DNA from: an uncultured Gemmatimonadales bacterium
GTDB lineage: Bacteria; Gemmatimonadota; Gemmatimonadetes; Gemmatimonadales; Gemmatimonadaceae
NCBI GenBank assembly: GCA_963701965.1
Contig: OY969695.1
Coordinates: forward strand, 2,752,001-2,816,000
DNA length: 64,000 nt
Direction of reading: 5' to 3'
Notes under the pieces: model-generated
What the model saw: the letters and a program-made list of their open reading frames with translations, nothing else
Told to the model about the DNA's origin: nothing
Databases searched by the model: none
Translations under genes and position numbers: made by a program
Part shown: positions 50,216-58,382 of the stretch, piece by piece
Position numbering within the stretch: the stretch's first letter is position 1
Layout: every line of letters starts with the position of its first letter

Positions 50216-52464
50216 CGCTCGCGGTATTCGGGGCGGTACCGGCGCTGGCCCAGACCGCGGATTCGTCGCGCGTCACGCTCGATCGCCTCTTTGCGTCGGC
50301 TGATTTCGCGACGGACCGGACGGGCGGCCTGGAGTGGCTTCCCAAGTCGCCAGCCTACTCGGCGTTCGAGGCGGGCACGCGGGGCGGCGGTGATCTCGTG
50401 CGCTACGACGCGGCGACGGGCGCCCGGACGGTCCTGGTGCCGGCGGAGAAGCTGGTGCAACCGGGCACGACGCACGAGCTGGCGGTCGAACGCTACGCAT
50501 GGTCGGCCGATGAGAAGAAGCTCCTGCTCTTCACCAACTCGGCGCGGGTGTGGCGGGAGAATACGCGCGGCGACTTCTGGGTCTACGATCTGGCGACCGG
50601 CACGCTCCGGCAACTCGGCGGCGACGCCAAGCCGTCGACGCTCATGTTCGCGACGTTCTCGCCCGATGGCGGCCGCGTGGCCTACGTGCGGGAGCACAAT
50701 CTCTACGTGGAAACGGTCGCCGACGGCCACATCACGCAGCTGACCACGGACGGATCGCCGACGATCATCAATGGAACGTTCGATTGGGTGTATGAGGAAG
50801 AGCTGAACGACCGCAACGGGTTTCGGTGGAGCCCGGATGGGAAGCAGATCGCGTACTGGCAGCTCGACGATGCGGGCGTCAAGGACTACGATCTCATCGA
50901 CGATACGGACTCGCTGTACTCGTTCACGACGCCGGTCCAGTACCCGAAGGCGGGGACGACCAACTCCGGCGCGAGGGTGGGGATCGTCGACGCGGCCGGT
51001 GGCCCGACCCGGTGGCTGGCGCTCACGGGGGACCCCAGGGCGTATCTGATCGCCCGCATGAGCTGGGCCGGCAACTCCGATGCGGTCGTGGTGCAGCGTC
51101 TCGACCGCGAGCAGCATCAGAACGAAGTCGTGTTGGGGGACGCGCACACGGGCGCGGTGCGGCCGGTGCTCACGGAGCGCGATAGCACGTGGGTCGATCC
51201 GGTCGACGACGTGCGGTGGTTCGATCGCGGCGCGCGCTTTCTGTGGGTCAGTGAGCGGGACGGCTGGCGCCGGCTGTACACGGTGGGGCGCGATGGCGGT
51301 GGGGTTCGGCCGCTCACGCCCGCGGCCGTCGACGTCACCACCCCCGGCAGTCCGTTCGGCGAGCCGTTCACCGCCGGCATCGACTCGGCCGCGGGCTGGG
51401 TCTATTACACGGCGTCGCCGACGAACGCCGCGCAGCTGTATCTGTATCGCGCCCGATTGGATGGCAGCGGCCGCGCCGAGCGGGTGACGCCAGCCGCGCA
51501 GGGCGGGGTGCATGAGTACGAGCTGTCGGCGGACGCGAAGTTCGCGATCCATCACTGGTCAGCGTTCGGCACACCGCCCACGGTCGAGATCGTGCGATTG
51601 CCGGACCACCACGTCATACGGCAGGTGACCGACAATGCGCGGCTCGCCCGCACCGTGCGGGCGTTGGCCCGGGGGCCGGTCGAGTTCACCCAGATCGACA
51701 ACGGCGCGGGCGTGCGGCTCGATGCCTGGATCATGAAGCCGCCGGCGTTCGATTCGACGCGTAAATATCCCGTCCTCTTTTTCGTGTACGGCGGGCCGGC
51801 CGAGCAGACCGTCCTCGATCAGTGGGACGGAGACCAGTATCTGTGGCATCTCATGTTGACCCAGATGGGATACATCGTGGCTTCGGTCGACAACCGTGGT
51901 GCGCCATCGCCCCACGGACGCGCGTTCCGGCACGCCATCTACAAGCGCGTCGGCGTCGTCGAGTCCGCCGACCAGACGGCCGCGGCCCGCGCGATCGCCG
52001 CGCGATCGTACGCTGACGCCACGCGCGTCGGAGTCTGGGGATGGAGTAACGGGGGCTCGATGACCCTCAACCTGCTGTTCCGCTCGCCCGACGTCTATCG
52101 CATGGGCATCGCCGTGGCGCCGGTGACCGACGAGCGGTTCTATGACACGATCTATACCGAGCGCTATCTCGGTCTGCCGCAAGACAACGCCGAGGCGTAC
52201 AAGCAGGCCTCGCCGCTCAACTACGTCGATCACCTGCGCGGCGATCTCTTGCTCGTGCATGGTTCGGGCGATGACAACGTGCACTATCAGAACAGCGAGG
52301 CGCTCATCAACGCGCTGGTGGCGGCGGACAAGCCGTTCACGATGATGGCGTATCCCAATCGCACGCACTGCATCTGCGAGGGCGAGAACACGTCGCGCCA
52401 CTTGTACGGCCTCTTGACCCGGTACGTGCGCGATCACCTGCCGGCGGGACCGAGCGTGCAGTAG
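50128..52464 (+). CDS. S9B dipeptidyl-peptidase IV (start uncertain)
   Basis: NGTFDWVYEEE, YPKAG, GWSNGG, YDTIYTERY and HGSGDDNVH. Confidence 0.9.
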   Translation: MGESAHDAPGRHRILHGDRSPRPCYQLALALAVFGAVPALAQTADSSRVTLDRLFASADFATDRTGGLEWLPKSPAYSAFEAGTRGGGDLVRYDAATGARTVLVPAEKLVQPGTTHELAVERYAWSADEKKLLLFTNSARVWRENTRGDFWVYDLATGTLRQLGGDAKPSTLMFATFSPDGGRVAYVREHNLYVETVADGHITQLTTDGSPTIINGTFDWVYEEELNDRNGFRWSPDGKQIAYWQLDDAGVKDYDLIDDTDSLYSFTTPVQYPKAGTTNSGARVGIVDAAGGPTRWLALTGDPRAYLIARMSWAGNSDAVVVQRLDREQHQNEVVLGDAHTGAVRPVLTERDSTWVDPVDDVRWFDRGARFLWVSERDGWRRLYTVGRDGGGVRPLTPAAVDVTTPGSPFGEPFTAGIDSAAGWVYYTASPTNAAQLYLYRARLDGSGRAERVTPAAQGGVHEYELSADAKFAIHHWSAFGTPPTVEIVRLPDHHVIRQVTDNARLARTVRALARGPVEFTQIDNGAGVRLDAWIMKPPAFDSTRKYPVLFFVYGGPAEQTVLDQWDGDQYLWHLMLTQMGYIVASVDNRGAPSPHGRAFRHAIYKRVGVVESADQTAAARAIAARSYADATRVGVWGWSNGGSMTLNLLFRSPDVYRMGIAVAPVTDERFYDTIYTERYLGLPQDNAEAYKQASPLNYVDHLRGDLLLVHGSGDDNVHYQNSEALINALVAADKPFTMMAYPNRTHCICEGENTSRHLYGLLTRYVRDHLPAGPSVQ

Positions 52465-52483
52465 CGGTGACAACGCGATCGCC

Positions 52484-52588
52484 ACGATGACGGCTAGCGG
52501 CTCGAAGTGGAGATATTCGAGTCGCTAGTTAGTGGCGTGCAATGAGTGAGCCCGTGTCGCAGCATCCAGTTTCATCCGCGTGTAGAGT
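52484..52588 (+). ncRNA. Conserved structured leader of tRNA cassette 2
   Basis: Homologous to the reverse complement of 43546-43654. Confidence 0.65.
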
Positions 52589-52672
52589 GCCCGGATGGTG
52601 GAATTGGTAGACACGGCAAACTCGCAAATTGCCGACCGTAAGGTCGTGCGGGTTCGAATCCCGCTCCGGGCA
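52589..52672 (+). tRNA. Type II tRNA with tRNA-Leu body and CGC (Ala) anticodon
   Basis: GCCCGGA TG GTGG AATTGGTAG ACAC G GCAAA CT-CGC-AA ATTGC CGACC-GTAA-GGTCG T GCGGG TTCGAAT CCCGC TCCGGGC A; A31-A39 mismatch. Confidence 0.88.
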
Positions 52673-52710
52673 CGCTAGCTAGCGCCACATTGCGCGTCGC
52701 TTCCTGGTTT

Positions 52711-52743
52711 CATAGATTCAAGGCACTTGCGAGTTTGCCGTGG
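52711..52743 (+). repeat. Anti-anticodon box of cassette 2
   Basis: 52727-52742 TTGCGAGTTTGCCGTG is the exact reverse complement of 52612-52627; context CATAgATTCaaGGCAC-N12-CGTGG. Confidence 0.88.
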
Positions 52744-52776
52744 CGAGCCCCGGGGAGAGATCCTCGGGGTTCGTTT
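52743..52776 (+). terminator. Terminator-like hairpin after cassette 2
   Basis: GCGAGCCCCGGGGA-GAGA-TCCTCGGGGTTCGT (with GU pairs) followed by a short T run. Confidence 0.7.
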
Positions 52777-52795
52777 GCATCGGAGCGTGTGCGGC

Positions 52796-52831
52796 TTGAC
52801 TTTCGGGATATCTTCGGGTAGCGTTAGAGCG
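52796..52831 (+). promoter_or_regulatory. Sigma70 promoter for a probably leaderless radical SAM gene; TTCGGG-N5-TTCGGG repeat in the spacer
   Basis: TTGACT-17 nt-TAGCGT; GTG start 7 nt after the -10. Confidence 0.6.
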
Positions 52832-54096
52832 TGGAGGACAATCTCTCGCTCGAGCAAAAGCTGGTGCTGCTGACGTCGCTCGCAGCCGATGACCGTGAGG
52901 GTCCACCGCCGCCACGGCTGCGGAACACCAGCACCAAGAAAGTCGGCGCTCTGCGCCCCCTCAACATCCGCACCGTCCGCGTCGGGACATGGACCACGTC
53001 GCTGTTGCGCGTGCTCATGACCAACGCCTGTAGCTACAATTGCCACTACTGTCCGATGCGCCGCGATCGGAACATGCCGCGGACGCTGCTCAAGCCCGAG
53101 GAGTTGGTGAAGATCTTCCTCGCGGCCCACGCGCGCGGATGGTGCCAGGGATTGTTCATCACGACGGGTATTCCGGGCCGGCCGACCAAGATCATCGATG
53201 ACCTGATCCAGGTATTGGAGCTCCTCCGCGGGAAGCACCGGTTTGGCGGCTACATCCACGTCAAAATGCCGCCGGGCGGCGAGCCCGCGCAGATCGAGCG
53301 CTTGACTGCGTTGGCGAGCCGGGTGTCGATCAATCTGGAGACCCCCTGCGGCCAAACGCTCGAGCACATTGCGCCCGAAAAGAACCTCGACCAGACGCTG
53401 GTCAGCCTGGAACGGTCGCGCACGCTCGTCAACCACGCGCGCGAGGCCGAGCGGGACGGGAGGCGCCGGGACCCGCTCTCGCCGGGCGGTGTGGCCGGTA
53501 TGACCATGCAGTTCGTCGTCGGCGCGACCGCCGACAACGACCGGTCGATCATGGGTCGGGTGACGGCCCTCTACGCCGGCGGCGGCATTCATCACGCGCA
53601 CTTCTCGGCGTTCCGCCCGATCCGCGACACGCCGATGGAGTCCCAGCGGGCCACACCGGCGCTGAGGGAGCACCGGCTCTACCAGGTGGACTATCTGCTC
53701 CGGCAATACGGATTTTCGCCGGAGGAGATCGTCTATGGCGCCGGAGACAACATCCCACTGACCAATGATCCCAAGACCACTTGGGCGCTGGCGCACCCGG
53801 AGCGGTTTCCGGTCGAGCTGTCGAACGCGGATCTCGAATCCCTGCTCCGCGTGCCGGGAGTCGGCCCGACCTCGGCGCGGCGCATCGTCGAAGGCCGGCG
53901 CGGCACCACGATCCGGGGGTTGTCCGATCTGCGCCGGCTGGGGGTCGTGACGTCCCGGGCCGCGGGGTTCGTGGCGATTCGCGGCCGGCGGCTGAGCGAC
54001 ACCCGGTGGGCCGAGCAGCTGGGCATTCGGCGGCCCGAGGACGAGATTGGGACAAGGTGGCAGGCTTACGAAGTCAGTCCGGGGACTTTTCGATGA
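52831..54096 (+). CDS. Putative DNA modification/repair radical SAM protein with HhH (TIGR03916-like)
   Basis: MTNACSYNCHYC, GYIHVK, REHRLYQ.D.L.R.YGF and LLRVPGVGP. Confidence 0.88.
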   Translation: MEDNLSLEQKLVLLTSLAADDREGPPPPRLRNTSTKKVGALRPLNIRTVRVGTWTTSLLRVLMTNACSYNCHYCPMRRDRNMPRTLLKPEELVKIFLAAHARGWCQGLFITTGIPGRPTKIIDDLIQVLELLRGKHRFGGYIHVKMPPGGEPAQIERLTALASRVSINLETPCGQTLEHIAPEKNLDQTLVSLERSRTLVNHAREAERDGRRRDPLSPGGVAGMTMQFVVGATADNDRSIMGRVTALYAGGGIHHAHFSAFRPIRDTPMESQRATPALREHRLYQVDYLLRQYGFSPEEIVYGAGDNIPLTNDPKTTWALAHPERFPVELSNADLESLLRVPGVGPTSARRIVEGRRGTTIRGLSDLRRLGVVTSRAAGFVAIRGRRLSDTRWAEQLGIRRPEDEIGTRWQAYEVSPGTFR

Positions 54097-54419
54097 TCGC
54101 ACGGACCTGGCGTGGCTGGACCAGCGCCGCCGACGCCGACGCCTACTTCGCGTATCTCGAGCGCACTGGGTTGCGCGCGTATCGTGAGACCCCGGGGAAC
54201 GCCGGGGTCTATACGTTGCGCCGGATACGCGAAGGCCGCGCCGAGTTTCTCCTGGTGTCCCTCTGGGAGTCCTGGGACGCCATTCGCGCGTTCGCCGGGG
54301 ATACACCAGAACGGGCGGTGTTCTATCCCGAGGACGATCGCTTTCTCGTGGACCGCGAACTCCACGTCGATCACTATGAAGTGGTAGACTTTGGGGGTGG
54401 CGAGCGACAATCTCCGTGA
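54093..54419 (+). CDS. ABM-like dimeric alpha/beta barrel protein
   Basis: MIARTWRG, W.S.DAIRAFAG and AVFYPEDDRFL. Confidence 0.8.
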   Translation: MIARTWRGWTSAADADAYFAYLERTGLRAYRETPGNAGVYTLRRIREGRAEFLLVSLWESWDAIRAFAGDTPERAVFYPEDDRFLVDRELHVDHYEVVDFGGGERQSP

Positions 54420-57153
54420 GCGGTTGCAGGCCGGTCTCGGCTCGGCCTATACGATCGAGCGCGAGATCGGGCGCGGCGGCATGGCGACCGTCTTTCTCGC
54501 CCAGGATCGGAAGCACGACCGCCCCGTGGCGGTCAAGGTGCTGCACGCGCATCTCGCGGCATCCCGAGGTCCGGAGCGGTTTCGGCGCGAGATCACGCTC
54601 GCAGCCCGTCTGCAGCATCCCCACATCCTCGCCGTCCACGATTCCGGCGAGAGTCCCGACGGGCTCCTGTGGTTCACCATGCCCTTCGTCGACGGTGAGA
54701 CCCTGCGCGAACGGCTCATGCGGCAGCGGCAGCTGCCGGTCGACGAGGCGTTGCGCATTGCGTCCGACGTGGCCGGCGCGCTGGAGTATGCGCACGCGCG
54801 CGGCATCATCCATCGCGACATCAAGCCCGAGAACATCCTGCTGTCGAGCTCCCATGCTCTGGTGGCCGACTTCGGCATCGCGCGGCCAGTCGCGGAGGAG
54901 GGCGACCCCGCGCTGACCGAGATCGGGCTGGCGGTTGGGACGCCGGCCTACATGAGCCCCGAGCAGGCCCACGGCGAGCGCACGCTCGATGGCCGCACCG
55001 ACATCTACAGCCTCGGCACGGTGCTGTACGAGATGCTGGCCGGCGAGCCGCCGTTCACGGGACCGTCGGCGCGCACGGCGAAGATGCTGAGCGGCAGCGC
55101 GCCCTCCGTGCGGCGCCGGCGGCCAACCGTCAGCGAATCGGTCGATCTCACCCTGCAGAAATCGCTGGCGCCGGTGCCGGCCGACCGGTTCGCGTCGGCC
55201 GGGGAGTTCGCCGAGACACTGGCCGCGGGCGGCAGCGGGCGGCACACGGGGCGATACAGCAGCGGGACCGCCATCGGCGGCCGTCCGCGGATCGGACTGG
55301 CCGCCGCGGCCGCGGCCGCGATCGCGCTGGTCATCGTGTTCGTGGCCGTGGCCGGACGTTGGCGCGGCGCCGCGCACGCCGGATCGATCGGCGTGCTCGC
55401 GGTGCTGCCCTTCGACAACTTCGGCGCGGGCAGCGATGAGTATTTCGCCGAGGGGCTGACCGACGAGCTGCGCGCGAAACTGTCGGCGATCGGCGGGCTT
55501 CGCGTCATCGCGACCGGGAGCTCGGAGCAGTATCGCCACAGCCCGAAATCCCAGACCGAGATCGCCCGCGAGCTCGGCGCGCGGTATTTGCTCGTGGGCA
55601 GCGTGCGGTGGGAGCGACTCGCCGACGGCAAGAGTCGGGTGCGGGTGAGCCCGGAGTTGGTCGATGTGACGTCGCCGGCGCCGACGACGACGTGGAAGCA
55701 GGCGTTCGACGCGGCCGACCTCGAGGATGTGTTCACGGTCCAGGCGAACATCGCGACCAATGTCGCGGCCAAGCTCGGCGTGGCGCTGGGTGGCGCGGTG
55801 CCGAAGGTCATCACCACGCGGCCGACGGAGAACCAGGCGGCGTACAACGCGTATCTCCAGGGGTTGGCGCTGTTGCCGCGGACGATCACGGCGGGCACGA
55901 CGACACCCTCGGCCGGTGTCGCGCGGCAGGCGGCCGCGGCGTTCCGCCAAGCGGTGTCGCTCGATCCGCGGTTCGCGGATGCGTGGGCGCGGCTGTCGTT
56001 GGCCGACTCGCGGCTCTATCTCGCCGAGCCGTCGCCGGCGGTGTTGGCCGAGTGCCAGGCCGCGGCCGAGCGGGCGTTGGCCATCGCGCCCACGCTGGCC
56101 GATGGGCATCAGGCGATGGGCGCGTACTACGCCACGGGGCCGGGCGATTATGCGCGCGCGCTGGCCGAGGATTCCATTGGTCTCGCCGCCGAGCCGGACA
56201 ACGTCGATCTCTTGACGTCGGCGGCGGCCAACGAGATCAACGTCGGACGATTGGATCCCGCGATTGCCCGTCTGCGCCGCGCGTTGGCGCTCGATCCGCG
56301 GTCGGTGTTGACGGCGACGCGGTTGGCGTCGGCGCTGCTCCGCCGGGGCGATTTCGCCGGCGCGCGCGACGCGGCGGATCGGGGGCTGGCGGTCGATCCG
56401 ACGAGTCTGGCGCTGTTGGAAGCCGACGCGACGGCGCGCCGCGCGCAGGGCGATCTCGCCGGGGCGCGCGCCGTGCTCGATCGGGCGCTCGCGGTCGCGC
56501 CGGACAATCTCGAGTTGATCGAGCAGAAGGTCATCACGTATCTCATGGCGGGGGATCTCGCGGGCGCGCGCGGGGTCGTGCGCGCGGCGTCGGCGCTCGT
56601 GGACACGCGGGCGTTGCTGGCGTACATTGGCGGGGTGTACGACCTGTACTGGGTGTTGGACGACGCCGATCAGCGGACGCTGCTCTCGGTGCGGCCGGAA
56701 ACGTTTACGGGGGCTGGTGCTGGGAACCGGCGGGATTGGGCGCTGGCGCTGGCGCACACCGCGTGGTTGCGGGGGGACGCGGCGAAGGCGCGGGCGTATG
56801 CCGATACCGCGCTCATCGCCAGCGGCGCGGACGACGGAAGTCCCAGCGCGCAGGATATGGCGCTGCGAGGTGTCGCGTATGCGTATCTCGGGAAGGCGGC
56901 CGAGGCGAAGGCCGCCGGTCGGCGCGCGACGGCGTTCGATCCCATCGCGACGGATCGGCAGAATGGGCCGTACACGCAACTGTTACTGGCGCGCATCCTC
57001 GTGCTGGCCGGCGAGCCGGATAGCGCGGCCGCGGCGCTGGCGGTCGCGGCAGGGGCGAAAGGCTTCTATCTCACGCCTGCGTGGTTGGCGATCGATCCGA
57101 CCTGGAAGGGCTTGCCGCGAGTGCCCTCGAGTCTGCAGGTTCCGGCCAACTAA
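54397..57153 (+). CDS. Hanks-type Ser/Thr protein kinase with TolB_N-like and TPR domains
   Basis: GRGGMATV, VAVK, HRDIKPEN, DFG and GTPAYMSPEQ; AVLPF.N; TPR repeats. Confidence 0.93.
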   Translation: MASDNLRERLQAGLGSAYTIEREIGRGGMATVFLAQDRKHDRPVAVKVLHAHLAASRGPERFRREITLAARLQHPHILAVHDSGESPDGLLWFTMPFVDGETLRERLMRQRQLPVDEALRIASDVAGALEYAHARGIIHRDIKPENILLSSSHALVADFGIARPVAEEGDPALTEIGLAVGTPAYMSPEQAHGERTLDGRTDIYSLGTVLYEMLAGEPPFTGPSARTAKMLSGSAPSVRRRRPTVSESVDLTLQKSLAPVPADRFASAGEFAETLAAGGSGRHTGRYSSGTAIGGRPRIGLAAAAAAAIALVIVFVAVAGRWRGAAHAGSIGVLAVLPFDNFGAGSDEYFAEGLTDELRAKLSAIGGLRVIATGSSEQYRHSPKSQTEIARELGARYLLVGSVRWERLADGKSRVRVSPELVDVTSPAPTTTWKQAFDAADLEDVFTVQANIATNVAAKLGVALGGAVPKVITTRPTENQAAYNAYLQGLALLPRTITAGTTTPSAGVARQAAAAFRQAVSLDPRFADAWARLSLADSRLYLAEPSPAVLAECQAAAERALAIAPTLADGHQAMGAYYATGPGDYARALAEDSIGLAAEPDNVDLLTSAAANEINVGRLDPAIARLRRALALDPRSVLTATRLASALLRRGDFAGARDAADRGLAVDPTSLALLEADATARRAQGDLAGARAVLDRALAVAPDNLELIEQKVITYLMAGDLAGARGVVRAASALVDTRALLAYIGGVYDLYWVLDDADQRTLLSVRPETFTGAGAGNRRDWALALAHTAWLRGDAAKARAYADTALIASGADDGSPSAQDMALRGVAYAYLGKAAEAKAAGRRATAFDPIATDRQNGPYTQLLLARILVLAGEPDSAAAALAVAAGAKGFYLTPAWLAIDPTWKGLPRVPSSLQVPAN

Positions 57154-57164
57154 ACGGAGACGAT

Positions 57165-57605
57165 ATGCTGGCACGTTGGGTGGTGGGATTGGCGGTCGTG
57201 GGGGTGTGCGCGATGGCGCGGCCCGCCACGCTGGCCGCGCAGTCGACGGCGACCGCGCCGCAGGTCACGTGTGCCGATGGCACGACGTCGAAAGCCGGAC
57301 AAGGGGCGTGTTCGCATCATGGCGGCATCAAAACGGCCACGACTGGCGCGGCCGGCGGTATGACGGCCGCGAGTACCCCCGGTGGGGGCAGAGTGCCGAA
57401 CAAGACGACCGTTACGCCGAGCGCGGCTGGTACGCCGACGCCCGCGCCAGCGACGACCGGTACCGCGAAGCCCGGCCCTGCGGATTCCACGGGCGCCATC
57501 GCGCAGTGCACTGACGGCATCTTCTGGCACGGTACCGTGCGGCAAGGCGCGTGTTCGGGGCATAGAGGCGTCAAGCGCTGGTTGGCGGCGGCGCCGGCCA
57601 AGTAA
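57165..57605 (+). CDS. Small secreted protein with two C.DG...GACS.H.G repeats (DUF3761-like)
   Basis: Signal peptide; CADGT..GACSHHGG and CTDG..GACSGHRGV. Confidence 0.75.
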   Translation: MLARWVVGLAVVGVCAMARPATLAAQSTATAPQVTCADGTTSKAGQGACSHHGGIKTATTGAAGGMTAASTPGGGRVPNKTTVTPSAAGTPTPAPATTGTAKPGPADSTGAIAQCTDGIFWHGTVRQGACSGHRGVKRWLAAAPAK

Positions 57606-57923
57606 GCATGTGCGGTGCGAACACGCCGCGCTTCGCGCGTGCGTGTTCGCGCCGCGCGCGCCGCGGCTGCGTGATCGCCGGCAGCGCGGCGAGTCGCGCC
57701 TAGGACCGCTGCCCCTTCAGCGCGAGTAGGATGGCTAACGGCTCAGCCGCGGGCGGTGCCTCGCGTACCGTGCGCGTGTGATGCGCGTCACGCGATGTTC
57801 GTGTGACACGACGGGACGAGCGGGAGCGATAGCGCGGGCAGCGCGCATCGCCAAAGTCAGGTGATCGAGGGGCAGTAGTATGTGCGCGCACCTCGATTTC
57901 CTTTCCCGCCCCGGAGCCGTCGT

Positions 57924-58382
57924 ATGCGTCGCGCCCTCGCCGTCCTCTCGTTGGTGACTGCTGTCACATTCCAGAGCGCCGCGGCTCAAACGTCGGCCAA
58001 GCCCTGGATGACGACGTTCATTTACGGTGTCGTGCCGTCCGCCGTGGCCTCGGCCGCCGCCCAGTGCCGCGATGGGCTCGCCACAGTAAGCCGCGGCGAA
58101 ACGCCAGCAAGCGTCCTCGCCAGCATTCTGACGCTCGGCATGTTCTCGCCGATCACGATCGCCGTCACCTGCGCGACCCCGCGCGCCCGCGCGCCGCTGA
58201 CCGGCCCGGTGGCCGTGACGATCGATGGATTGCGCAACGCCCTAGCCAACGCGGCCGACGCGACACTCAAGTCGCACCGTCCCGTGCTCGTGCGCTACAT
58301 TGCCGGCTGGACCGCCGACAACGCATCCGGCGACGCCAACAGCGCGTCCATCGCGTCGATCGTCAACGGCCGCGAGATGTAG
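57924..58382 (+). CDS. Bor/Iss-like secreted protein
   Basis: Signal peptide; FIYG...C..G....T....L..ILTLGMFSP.TI.VTC pattern. Confidence 0.6.
   Translation: MRRALAVLSLVTAVTFQSAAAQTSAKPWMTTFIYGVVPSAVASAAAQCRDGLATVSRGETPASVLASILTLGMFSPITIAVTCATPRARAPLTGPVAVTIDGLRNALANAADATLKSHRPVLVRYIAGWTADNASGDANSASIASIVNGREM

Noticed and set aside
43462..52672. Ordinary tRNA-Val/tRNA-Ala, or tRNA-Sec/allo-tRNA calls
   Set aside because: The long variable arm, Leu-type D loop and missing G3:U70 contradict Val/Ala bodies; the 7/5 fold and sense anticodons exclude Sec and 8/4 or 9/3 allo-tRNAs
56300..56600. Repeated GGCGATYTCGCSGGSGCGCGC segments as a DNA repeat array or CRISPR
   Set aside because: They are in-frame TPR coding repeats (GDxAGAR); there are no spacers or cas genes
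52675..56979. 1434-aa minus-strand ORF
   Set aside because: Arg/Pro-rich shadow ORF antisense to the radical SAM and kinase genes in high-GC DNA
58295..58382. 88-bp convergent overlap of the Bor-like and EAL genes as a regulatory system
   Set aside because: Tail overlaps are common in high-GC genomes, and there is no further support
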